DNA of 63,870 nucleotides, counting the filler, from Cercozoa sp. M6MM (lineage: Eukaryota > Protista > Endomyxa: Ascetosporea), in NCBI GenBank assembly GCA_040357565.1. It is 14 parts of 14 records of this genome, joined end to end, with 100 filler letters (N's around TTAATTAATTAA, not from the genome) between each part and the next. Parts side by side here need not be neighbours in the genome. Positions count along the whole stretch, not along the records: positions 1 to 17,344 come from JBDODJ010000264.1; positions 17,445 to 19,017 come from JBDODJ010001991.1; positions 19,118 to 25,904 come from JBDODJ010000694.1; 11 more parts are not named here. One strand, 5' to 3'. Below are positions 12,226-23,698 of the stretch, piece after piece (position 1 is the stretch's first letter; each line of letters opens with the position of its first letter). The position numbers were made by a program, and so were the translations under genes. The notes beneath the pieces were generated by a model that was not told where the DNA came from, made no database searches, and was given only the letters and a program-made list of their open reading frames with translations.

Positions 12226-12472
12226 ATGGAAGGCGACTCGGATGTCAAGATCATGAACCGGTGGTTTCGCCGCATCGCCGTGGTGACGGCGCTGTGTTTT
12301 GTACCATCTGTTTTTTTTTGTCACGAGTATGTGTGTTGTATGTGTATGCGTGTGCGCCCGGCAGACGGGCGGCGTTGTGCTCGGCTGGAAGCTGCACGCC
12401 GGCTGGGTGCGACGCGACATGAAGCGCCTCGCCGAACTCGAAACTGTTGTGGGCGCGCAGGTGCCTCAGTAA
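12226..12472 (+). CDS. 60-aa single-TM microprotein, mitoregulin-like
   Basis: Exons 12226-12300 and 12365-12472 (GT-AG intron) give MEGDSDVKIMNRWFRRIAVVTALCFTGGVVLGWKLHAGWVRRDMKRLAELETVVGAQVPQ*. Confidence 0.55.
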
Positions 12473-12531
12473 CGATTAATGCGATTCAGATACAGCAACT
12501 AGTGTTCGACTGTTAAATTTACTGTGTTAAA

Positions 12532-15500
12532 CTATGATGCGAGCCATGACAAGTCAGGCAGTCGATCGATGAGTCGTCGTAGCTGCGAGACGGCCTCGAG
12601 CTCGCTAGTCTCTGCGGACGCAAACAAGGGGGGGGGGTACTGTTTAGTTGCCACGGTATACAGGAGGGAAAGGAACCATCGGAGTGTGGAGGAGTGGAGT
12701 CGACCACGATCACGTTGCTCGGCCTGTCGTCGGCGCTTGTTTTTTCGGGCGGCGGTGTTGGCACATCGGCAGTCAGCGCATCTCTGGGGGGGGTAACACG
12801 GTGACAGGTAAGGGGTAAAAGGTAGGGGTATACAGGAGAGAAAAGTCGGCCTGCGACATCTGCACCGCTGTCGCAGTGTTCACGTCGACTGGAGTCACAG
12901 TGATTTGGTGACCACTGGGTTGACTGTTGGGCTGACCGCTGGGTTGAACGCGCCCGCGCGGAAGCCTCGGTTTCTCGTGACAAGTCCGCCGTCTCTGCGG
13001 CGGCAGACTTCGCGCCGAGATGGATCGCTTCAATAGTCGCTCGGCCAGCGCGTGCGCGTCCGGCTTCTCGCGTGACTGAACCACTTGGCAGATCACCCGC
13101 CCTATCCCACCCTTTATCCCCATACCCCCAGCAAAGTGAAGGTACACAAGATAGTGTCAGCGAGTGCAGCAAGCGATCGATGCAGGGTTCTTCAACGCTT
13201 TCGTCACTGAGGGTTTCGACCTGCGACAGGAGTGATCGCCAGTCAGTGACGGTGCGATCATCGTTTCCAACATTGTTTCGATCACTGCTGGGCGGCCACT
13301 CCTTCGAGTGCGACGCCGAGGGCTGGGCCTGGTCAAAGGCGCTCCAGTCGTCGCCGCCTGTGGCTGCTGCTGCAACAGGTACACAGTTAAATGTTTATGT
13401 ATCAATAAGAAAGACAGCAAACATACCAATTTGCACATCGACAGGTGCGTCAACAACCTCCTGCTTGTGCACACAAATGATACATAATAAGTACATCTCA
13501 CAAATACACACTCCAAGAAAGTGTACCGCTGTGTCAAAGCCCCAGTCGTCTTCAACAGCAGTCTCAACCTGAGTCGTCTCAACTTGAACAGTCTCACTTT
13601 GAGTCAGCTCGACTTGCGCAGAGTTGAAGCCCCAGTCATCTTCGTTGTTGATCTCGTCTGTCCCAGCGGAAGTAGTGACAGTCTCGGCGGTCTTCTCGAC
13701 AGTCTCCGGAGCAGCAGTCGCATCAACTGACTCGTCAAAGCCCCAGTCGTCGTCGTTGTCATTGTTGCCAGGAGCGACCTCACTGGCAGCAACAGCAACA
13801 GCAACAGCAGAGACGTTGGCCGAGTCATCAAAGCCCCAGTCGTCTCCATCAGCTTTGTTTGAACTGGGCTCGACCTGAGCAGCACTGGCGGTGTGCTCAT
13901 CAAAGCCCCAGTCGTCCTCAACTGCAGCTGTCTCGTCTTGTTTCGCCTCGCCTTGACTGACTTCGCTTTGCTGTGTTTCGCTTTGCGTTGTTTCGCTTTG
14001 ATTTGTTTCGCTCTGGCTTGCTTCGTTTTGATCGATTTTCTTTTGATCGATTTCGCTTTGATCGATTTCGCTTTGCTTTTCGCTTTGATCGATTTCGCTT
14101 TGCTTTTCGCTTTGGTCAGCTTCCTCGCTTCGATGCGCTTCTTCGCTTTCGCTCGCACGGCCCCTTGCGATCTCTTGATCGCCAACAAGGCTGTTCGTGT
14201 CAGCAACAAGGTCGCTCGAGCCGTCGACAAGATTGTTTTCGTAGACAAGACTGTTCGTGTCATCAACAACATTGTTCGCGTCATCAGCTAGGTTGTTCGT
14301 GTCACTGACAACGTCGTTCGTGTCATCGCTGTTCGAGTCACCAACAGGGCTGTCTGTCTGCTGACTGATGATCGGATCGACACTGTCGCTGCTTCTTTCG
14401 AGTGCAGCATCACTCACAGTGGCCGGACTCGACTCGCCTAGGGTGGGTCCAAACATTGCCAGAGTGAAGGTCCAACACACAAACTAAAAGGTTTAGCCTA
14501 CTGGTAGCGAAGAAAAAGTCGCCTGAAAACACGTCAGACGACGCGTGCGAAGTTTCTTCTGTGCATCCGCGCGGAAGGGTCAAGATAATCATTTGACAGC
14601 TAGCAGAAAACCAGCAGAAAGCAAAAAGCAATTTACCACTCGACAAAAGCGCAGCAAACGGGTCAAAATCGTCCTTAGAACTGGTTTCGTGAGTTTCGGC
14701 ACTTTCAAAGTCGCCAGAAACACCAAAATTGGCGTTTTCGGCAGACTGAGAAACTTCAAGTTCAAACGGCGAGGCAGCTGCTGTTGCGACAGTTTCGACA
14801 GGCTCGACAGGTTCGGGGGTAACGTTACTCGCAGACTCAGATACCGTTTCGGCCGAAGCTTCGTCGATGTTGTCCTGAGGAAGAGCTTCGACAACGTCGC
14901 TTGGGATTTCTTCGGCAGCTTCGATAGATGCAACTTCAAAAACTTCGTTTGACTGCTCGCTCGACTGTTCCTCGTCTGTTTCGTTCGACTGTTCTTCGCC
15001 TGTTTCGCTCGACTGGCCTTCGAGTGTTCCGTGGGAAGGTTCATCGGCAGCTTCGTGGAAAGGTTCGTCGGCAGCTTCGTTCGACTGCTCTTCGACTGTT
15101 TCGCTCGACTGCTCGTCGATAACGTCGAAAGAAAGATCGTCGACTGCAAGACTTGCATGCTCTTCGACAGTCTCGCTCGCGCGCTCTTCGACAGAAGGTG
15201 CATCGGCGGTGAACTCTGTCGAAAACTCAAGCGACTTGTCCAGAGGCGCTTCGATTGAAGGATCGCTGACAGACTCCTCGGAAAACTCGGCACTGAAAGG
15301 AGCAGCTTCGTCGGCAGGTACGGTAGCGTCAACGATCGGCTCTTCCACCTCAGACACGAAAGCGTCAGACTGAACCTTATCGTCGCTGTTACTCACAGTG
15401 TCATTGTAGACTTCGTTCTGTCCGTTGTCACCGTTCTCACTAGAGCAGCGACCAAAGATTTCACTCGTGTTTGCTACACGTACAATGTGAGACACAAAGG

Positions 15501-16103
15501 GAGATATCTGAGCAAGAAAAAGGCACCGCCAGGCGCAGCGAGAGACTCGTCGAGCTCGACGGATTCGATCACGTGCTCTGACGTCGCTGGCAACCACCTG
15601 TTCATACAGAAATTGATAGTAGGAAAAGATAGAGGAGTCACAATGAGGAGTCACCTGGACTCGTCGTCGAAATCGCGGTGCTGCGAGAACGAGTCGTCCT
15701 CGTGTGTGACGTCTTCGATTTCGACACCGTCATGATCATCGCTGTCACCATCAGTGTCATCTTTAGTGTCACTGGCACTGTCACCGTCACTGACACTACG
15801 TTTCTCGTCAGTCTTGTCGTCATTGAAACCGTCATCGACAGCTACAACATTGAACGAGAAATCCGCCGACTGATCGACCGGTGTGGTCACTGCTTCGCCG
15901 TCAAAGCCGCCAAAATCCCATTCGTCGTCAGCGTTGGTCGTCTGCTGCACTGGCACTGGTGGCTCGGCTGCAACACAGACACACGTCCAGTCCAAGTCCA
16001 GTCCAGTCCAAGTCCAGTCCAGTCCCACCCCCGGGCGATAGGCACATGCCAAGCGAAACACACCTGCGCCAAAGGCGCCCCAATCGTCCCAGCCGTCATC
16101 CAT
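12532..16103 (-). CDS. Aftiphilin-like clathrin adaptor accessory protein (acidic, repeated DDWGF motifs)
   Basis: MDDGWDDWGAF start, DFGGF, DPF, several DDWGFD/DDWSAF motifs (gamma-ear/alpha-appendage ligand types), and C-terminal LIDRLPDLSWL resembling the LPDLSFM tail of aftiphilin. Confidence 0.7.
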
Positions 16104-16260
16104 ACTCAATCTAAAGTCAGCGCACACACGCCCGGTGCATTCAACGGTCTCGCTAATGCACGTTGTTTTGAGCTGCTGGTAAAAATAAAAAACGTTATCC
16201 GTGTCTGTTGTCCATACTAAAGTGCGCGGCATACGCGAACAGACTCAATATTAATTGGGG

Positions 16261-17338
16261 ATGCGAGTGGTTGGCCTTATCTCTGGCGGAAAGGACTCAA
16301 TTTACAGTCTGGTGGAATGCGTGCGACATGGACATGAGGTGCTATGGGGATTGACATTTTGTACCGTTGTAAAGTACGTTTGGACGTGCCGATCAGGTCG
16401 TGTGTTTGGCGAACCTGGCGCCGCCGGGCGAGAACGATGCCGCAGTCGACGAGCTTGACAGTATGTCTCTTCCTTTATACAGCTGACGCTGTAGCCAGAT
16501 GATTTTTTGAACGGTGCAGGCTTCATGTTCCAAACCGTCGGACATCGTGGCGTCGAATTCATCGCGCAGGCCACGGAGCTGCCTCTAGTGCGCAGGGTAG
16601 TCTTGTTTAGCTTTGAACCTGTAAAACTACGGATACGAGACATGCTGCTTCAGGTGACGACAGGAGAGGCCAAGAGCAAGTCGGTGGCCTACACTCAGCA
16701 AGAGGGCGACGAAGTCGAGGACCTGTTTCAACTGCTTTCTGACGTCAAACAACGCTTCCCTGACGTGTGCTTTCCTTGTTTTTGTTTGTTACGCTATCAC
16801 AACACTACCTTGTCTCCCAGGTGCAAGCAGTCGCCAGTGGCGCCATTCTGAGCGACTATCAGCGCGTTCGTGTGGTACCAAAAGGATCATAAGTGACCAC
16901 AAGAGAGTGCACACGTGTGCTCATGCACAGGAAAACGTGTGCAAGCGACTGGGACTCGTGTCGCTCTCCTTTTTGTGGCAGCGCGATCAAACTGAGGTGT
17001 CTCTTTTATTTAAAGCTGCGGTGGCATCTACTTCATTTTTTTTAAATGAACTGCTGTAGCTGCTGAACGAGATGCTCGAATCTCGTATGAACGTCATTTT
17101 GGTAACTTTAACCCTTTTGTTTTACTTGTGTTTTTACTTGTGTCCCCCACTAGGTCAAGACGGCAGTGATGGGACTCGAGCCTCGTTTTCACCTGGGGTA
17201 TGCTGGAGCGTCCTACCTCCCTCTATTCTTTACCCCCTCTACCGTTTACCGTTCACCCCTTGCAGCAAGTCGCTGCTGCAGTTGCACGCACTATTGATGC
17301 GACTGCGCGACGAGTACGGCATGAACGTGTGTGGCGAG
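16261..17338 (+). CDS. DPH6: Diphthine-ammonia ligase (5' part, truncated at scaffold end)
   Basis: MRVVGLISGGKDS PP-loop, DELDSFMFQTVGH, GDEVEDL, GAILSDYQRVRVENVCKRLGL and NVCGE. All introns are GT-AG. Confidence 0.95.
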
Positions 17339-17344
17339 GTACCC

Positions 17345-17444
17345 NNNNNNNNNNNNNNNNNNNNNNNNNNNNNNNNNNNNNNNNNNNNTTAATTAATTAA
17401 NNNNNNNNNNNNNNNNNNNNNNNNNNNNNNNNNNNNNNNNNNNN
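17345..17444. other. Artificial scaffold spacer (N-run with TTAATTAATTAA). Equivalent spacers start at about 19018, 25905, 29314, 35040, 39884, 41168, 46204, 47338, 50886, 56999, 60060 and 61320
   Basis: Identical 100-nt N blocks with a six-frame stop cassette. Confidence 0.97.
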
Positions 17445-17534
17445 TTCAACTCAACTCAACTCAACTCAACTCAACTCAACTCAACTCAACTCAACTCGAC
17501 TCAAAGCAAAGCCACTCAAAGCAAAGAGAAACTC

Positions 17535-18909
17535 AAGCGCGTACCAGCCAGCAGCGCAGCAGTCGCATCCTCGTCGACCTGCTTCGACCGCGTGCTGTGC
17601 AGCTTCGGCGACACGCGCGACTTTCGCTTCTTGGAGGGCTGCGCTTTGTGCGAGGAGCGACGCGCGCGACGCCTCGAGCGAGCGATGGCTCGCCGCTGCT
17701 TGAGCAGCAGGTTGAGCACGTCGTGCTCATCGTCGTCGCTGCTGCTCGAGTTGCTGCTGTCGTCGCCGACGCTTTCTTCGCCATCGCTTTCGGCCTTCGC
17801 TTCGATTTCGGCTTTTGCTTCAGCTTGAGATTCGATCTCAAGTTTCGCTTCGGCTTTGGCTCCGACTTTTGCTCCGGCTTTCGCTTCAGCTTTAACTTTC
17901 GTTTTTGCTTTCGTTTTCAATTTCGATTTCGCTGTTGCTATTGCGGGAGTATCGAGTCGGGTTTTCGCGTGCGCTTCGCTCTTTCGCTCACGTCGCGACG
18001 TTGTTTCGCTTTGCGTCAGCGCTTCTTCTTCGGTGTCGCCGACTGCTTCGGTATCGTCATCGCGCATGGCGGCTTGCTCGCTTCGCTTCGAGCGACGTCG
18101 CTTGGCCGGCAGTGGCGACAGTTCGTCGTCGTCGCGCCCGCTGCGCAGCTTCGACGCCGCCACGATTGCTGCGCCACGCCGCGTGCGCGCACCGCTCTGA
18201 AGCACACAACAAAGCTATCTCAAAGCAACTCAACTCAACTCAACTCAACTCAAAGCAAGCAAAGCAAAGCAACCCGAAAGTGAAGCAACTCAAAGCAACA
18301 ACCCACAACAATCAAAGCACGAGAAAAACGAAAGCGAAAGTGAAAAGTGAAAGCGAAAGGCGAAACGTACCTGAGTCAAAGCAGCGAGCAAGCGACGCGT
18401 CTGTTCGTCTTCATTTCGCGCTTTATCTTCTGCTACAGCAACGAAGAAAGCACAGCTGAAATTGCAAAGGGAAAAAGAAAAAGAAAACAGCGAAATCACC
18501 TTTGCGTCGCTTTTTCGCGCTTTTCGGTCGCTTTCGCATTTTCGCGTCGCTTCTGTCGCTTCTGTCGCTTTTTTCGCTTTTTTCGCTTTTTGGCAGTTTC
18601 GCTTCGCTTTCGCTTTCGTCGCAAGCAACAGGAGCTGCGTGTTGTTTCTCTTGTTGTTGTTTTTCTTGTTGTCGTTTCTCTTGTTGTTTCTCTTGTTGTT
18701 GTTGTTTCCGAGCGACAGTGATCGGCACAGGGATAGTCGCGTCTTTGGTCAGCGGCGTCGTGGTTGTTTTTTTGCTTCGACTGACCGGGCGTTTCTCGCG
18801 GCGTTTCACCTCTTTCTTCGCCTCCTTTTTCGTCTCAGTTTTCGCGTCGGTCGGCGACGACGAAACGGCGATCGACATCGGCGCACGCGCGCTGTCGCTC
18901 GGCGCTGCT
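17535..18909 (-). CDS. Fragment of a Lys/Glu/Ser-rich low-complexity protein (probably nuclear)
   Basis: ORFs 18423-18878 and 17516-18205 are linked by introns containing (TTGAG)n. Several KRRR-type basic clusters. Confidence 0.5.
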
Positions 18910-19117
18910 GGGGGGGGGGTAAACAGGGGGGTAAACAGGGGGGTAAACAGGGGGTAAGAGGGAGGGAAGCGGGGGGTAAGAAGGGAGGGAAGAGGGAGGG
19001 TAAGAGAGGTAAGAAGGNNNNNNNNNNNNNNNNNNNNNNNNNNNNNNNNNNNNNNNNNNNNTTAATTAATTAANNNNNNNNNNNNNNNNNNNNNNNNNNN
19101 NNNNNNNNNNNNNNNNN

Positions 19118-19172
<55 letters not shown>

Positions 19173-19200
19173 GAGAGTAGATATAAACTTGCAAAGCTAC

Positions 19201-20855
19201 TTACGAATTGGATCGAACAGTGTTCCGATTTCTGCCTGCCGCTGGATACTTTCCTCTCGCGATGGATCCTGCAGTCTGAACTTCGGCGCCGACGTCCGCA
19301 ACAACGGGTGCACCCATGTTATTTAAGCTGACTTGGTCCAGTTTTTCGCAGACGTTTGAGCACTTGGGCAGCGTGCGCGTAAATCGAACCAGCGTGCGTA
19401 ATTCACGTCGCTGTTGCTGAGGTGATGGGGCTCTCGATGTCGTTCGACTTCTGTCGCCTTCAATAGGTCTTTTTGTAAGTTTCAAACGACGTGTGCGACG
19501 AAGTCGCTTCGCCACTTCGACTCCAAACGCAGCTGCAAATTCAGTTTGCTATCACTTTCCGATACCGACAAATATCAGATAGCTCTCACATGTTTTGCTG
19601 AGCGCAATACACGCAACTTCAGCTTGAGTGCTTTGGGATGACACCGCCTTCGACCTGAATCGACGAAGAAAGTGTAAAATATCCGGCATTGTTGTAAAGG
19701 TGAACCGAACAATAAAAGAGCATTTTATTTACATAGTGGAGGTTGACGTTGGAGCGCTTTCGGGAAATTGGCTCTGTCGAAAAGTGTCGCTTCTGGTAAA
19801 TTTATTAGTGCCACCAGTTGCGCGCAACTGCAGGCAGTTCCGTGCTCGTTCATACATTTCATCCACCGTTAATACAATCTCCTTTTTATTGCCACAACTT
19901 GGAACAGCACCGTTGGTGCAGATCACAGTGCACAGTTCTTGCAACTGAATGTTACGCTTTCGAAGTTCTTCGTTCTTTTCATCGTATTCGACAACCTGGG
20001 GCATCCGGGAAACAGCAATACTGGTACTGCATCGGACACGACTCTGGGTGCAACAAACTAAAGCCACTGTACTTTTGAAGCCATCTCTTGTGTTGAACCC
20101 TGTGCGGCCCTTAACCACACGCGCAAGCGTGTGTTTTCTTTTCTTGTACCTAAATTTTACTATCGAATTACGTCTTTTGCTTTAAATTTACCTGCGGCTC
20201 AATAAACAAATTGTACATCAAAAGGTAAAGTGTAGACTTACTTTTCAGTTGGTGAAGAAAACCTGCTTTTTGCTTGCTAAAGATCTCTTCTTGCTCAAGC
20301 AACTTGTCGTGCAGCTCGCTGTACCTCATTCTCTCCGACTCGAAGGCTTCAGAGAGAAGCTTCCGTTCGCTCCGTGCTTCGGTTTCGTACATATCATGCT
20401 CAGTGCACAGTGAGGCATTCCGGGAGAGTAAGGCAGTTCGCTCTGCTTCAACCAGTGCAAGAGTCTGCTTTTGGTTTTCTGTGACCTGGCGGAGGTGCGC
20501 AATGCTACGCTTCAAATTTGAGTTCCCTTGCTGAGAACAACCGATGGGAGTCAAGACGTCAGATACCTCTTGAGCTATATTTTCAGCGTACCTGTAGCTC
20601 TTCCAGTTGTTCTTGCAAGTAGTCCATGGTTTCATCTGATGAGCAATAGCAAGAGCAACGACTTATTCGCACAGCCATTCCAGTAGCCTCAGCAGAGTCG
20701 ATGCCAACTTCAGTGTTGGGTGAGGAAGATGACACTTCTGCGCAAACGGACGATTTCTCCTCGGTAGCTTTTGTCGTCAAGGAGGCGTTTAACTCCTCAA
20801 AAACTGAAATTTCCACACCGTTCCATTCGTCGTCGACTTGGCTTCCATGTTTCAT
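19201..20855 (-). CDS. Coiled-coil protein of unknown function
   Basis: Spliceable ORFs 20583-20855, 20168-20635, 19729-20118 and 19201-19515 with heptad-like E/Q/L/K composition. Confidence 0.5.
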
Positions 20856-21307
20856 GGCCGGTTGGTCCGGCGATTGAACCTGTCGATACCAGCTGGGTCT
20901 TCAGCGCGTCGACAATGTGAATGCGCTCGTTTTCGTTTCTTAAGGCCCGATCTACTCACGTCCACTCCTAACTCGATAAAGGTTAAGGGTTAAGCCACAA
21001 CCGTTTCCACCTAGTCTTCGCACGATGGTATTTTGCGTTTCAGTTCGGGAGCGTTTCTCCACCTCTGCGAGAAACGCTCGAGGTTCTTTGTCAACCCAGA
21101 AAGGTGAAACGGGGTGGCCACATTCTGCTTTGCCGCTCAGTCTCCCTTTGGCGCAATGCAAAGTGAATCACGTCCATCGACGTCCGATCTTTTGCTTCAA
21201 GAAACGCCCAATTTTTAAATTATGTCCATAGGTCTTCAAATCACCCAAACTTCCAAAGTTTGGCGCAGATTCTAAAAAATCCTCAGGTTCCACGTGTGTG
21301 TCGCAGC

Positions 21308-23219
21308 ATGCCGGCGCTAAAACCCGGGGGAGTCGAGAGCTGGAGTTCTTCCGACAATCTCACTTCCAACACGTCTTTCGACGGAGAAAGCACTCCGATC
21401 GGAGAAATCGAGAAAGCAGCTAGTGTGGGAGAACGCCTTCAAACGGAGCACCGCACGCTTCAAAAACCAGCTTCTGCCAGTGAGGTGAAACATCGCGCTT
21501 CAACGCCAAAGCAATACTTCAGAGTCTGTGAAAGTGCAAGTCGTGGCGATTTATTCCACCTAGCCGCCCTCGGGGCAAGAATACGATCGGAGCGCCAGCT
21601 TCAGCGACTCGTTGATGTAAACGTCAAACTGAGGACGATTTCGCAGCATCGACGTCTGGTCGGCTCAGCAAAGCAGAGGAACAAAACGCGACTTCGGCGC
21701 GAAACTGAAAGGAGGTGGCTTAGAACCCATGCCACCCCGCCACCGCCGAATCTATCACCGCGGCAGGAAAAACAGTATATAAAACTGTTTGCTTTCGTCG
21801 ACCGAAATGACAGAGGCCATGTCCGCTGGGACGAGCTTCAATCTCTTGCAAATGCACTGGATCTTTTCCTTGACGAAGATGCCCCGCGGAGACTGCGGTC
21901 GCAGTACAATGTTGACGTTTATTCCATTGGCTTTTCGGTACAACAGTTTAATACTCCCTGATAACTAAAGCTACTTACAAAAAAACTGACAAAAGGACTT
22001 TGTTCGCTCTTGCGAGAGCGGGCTGCTCGATGCATGGTCTGTTGCGGCAAGAAGCGGAAAGGCGCTTGTTCGTTCGTCAAGCGGGACCCAAGATTCAAAG
22101 GCTTCGGACAGGCCACGATCGCAAAGCTCGTCCTCCGCCGCTGCCAGCGCTCCTCGCTTTTCTGCGCGAGAGTTCATGAGAAACGCTGGAAGCTCGGCAA
22201 TGGCCCCCTCCCCTGTGACTTCTTTTAGGTCGGCTTCAACAGGAGGTGTATCTGTGGGCATAACCTCACGCCCGTCCACAACATCTGCCTACCGGCGTCA
22301 AATGAAGAAGCAAACAGCAGAACAATACAGTTTTTGGCAGTCGCAGAGCAAACTTGAGCAGGCAATCAGCAGTAAGTTGGAAGAAGGCGTTCTTGCATTG
22401 GAAACGCCACGCGCCCCCGGTTTTTCAACTCCTCGGCAGCCAGAGCTTTCAACACCTCTGCGATTGCGGCCGGCTCTGTGGATAGTCGCTGCGTTCAGGC
22501 GTGCCAACTTGCGTGCATTGTGGAAAGAAGCAAGTGCGCGTCGTCGCACGCAAGGTCAGCGGTGGCAACGAACATCCGCTCGGGCCCTACTAGTCCAAGG
22601 TGCCTTCTCTCGCTCGATGACGTCATTTTCGACACCATCTTCCATCGGCACCCTCGGCTTGAAAGCACGGCAGCCTTTCGCGCAACTCTCCGCCGCCGCC
22701 GATTCGGCCGGCGTTTCTTCGAATAAAATGTTCAGACGGGCTCTGCAGTTCCGCAACGCTCCAGTTTACTCACGCGCCATTCACGGTATTCAACTTAAAC
22801 AACTATAGCTTTCTGCAGAAAAGAACTACAACGAATTTTTTGTAGGGGCATTCATTCCTGGTCGTCGAAAGCGAAGGCAACGTGGCGTCACACTAGAAGG
22901 AAGTAACTCTGACCTGCTCCATTCTGAGGCGAGCGACACTTTACATGCAGTCGTTCGGGAGGTAAAGTTGCTTGGGTGTTTTGTTTATGCCCAAAGAAAA
23001 GAAACAGGTACTGTAACTTCCGTCTTGTTTGTGCAGCTCGAAAGTGGTGAGGACTTGTCGTTCAAAAGTTCCGACTTGCAGCTTGAGGGAAGACAGCTGG
23101 CGATCAACGCTGCTCTGCAACGAGCGCGACCTTCTTCTCGACACAAACCTTCAGCGGTAGTCCAAGCTGAAATTGCACGCATTCGGCCTGTCGCATACAC
23201 TTCCACCAGTGTAAAGTGA
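21308..23219 (+). CDS. Basic protein with EF-hand-like motif
   Basis: YIKLFAFVDRNDRGHVRWDEL in ORF 21260-21961, with downstream exons in ORFs 22176-22808 and 22968-23219. Confidence 0.55.
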
Positions 23220-23698
23220 GAAGAACGGAATCGCCGAGGCCTAATCTGAACTTGGCACTAGACGAAGGTCCTTCTCACATAAACTATCTAGATTTGACGA
23301 GGAAACACTGGGGAGACAATGTAAGAACCAACAACAATGGACGGGGTGGGATAAACGCTTAACAAGAATTACAGAAAACCGAAGCCAGCAGTAGTCGAGT
23401 GACTACAGTACAGCATCAAAGACCACCAGATTTCTTGCTCTGGGTGCTTATATACGATAGCTCTGTCAAGTATTATTCTAGTGGCTTGCGCTCACGGCTC
23501 ATGTAGAGGAGCGTCAACGACCCAAAACCCTATAGCACTACCATTTGCCTTGGGTCGGCTGAGCTCGATCCAGTCGAAAGACGAGATGGCTCGGCCCCGA
23601 ACAGGATTCTAGCTGTTAAAACTGCTGCGCCGACTGCTTGTGGCCGAAATGAGAACACTTTGATTCTGCGGCAGAGTTACATGCGATGACAGCTGATA

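Noticed and set aside
13540-14130. Spaced AAAGCCCCAGTCGTC repeats as a CRISPR-like array
   Set aside because: They encode repeated DDWGF peptides within an exon, have irregular spacing, and there are no cas genes in this eukaryotic context.
16261-17338. Alternative genetic code or widespread non-canonical introns
   Set aside because: DPH6, pelota, cytochrome b5 and MZT1 splice with GT-AG and have no in-frame stops.
17345-17444. Recurrent TTAATTAATTAA flanked by Ns
   Set aside because: Artificial six-frame-stop scaffold linker, not biological. Synteny across these linkers was ignored.
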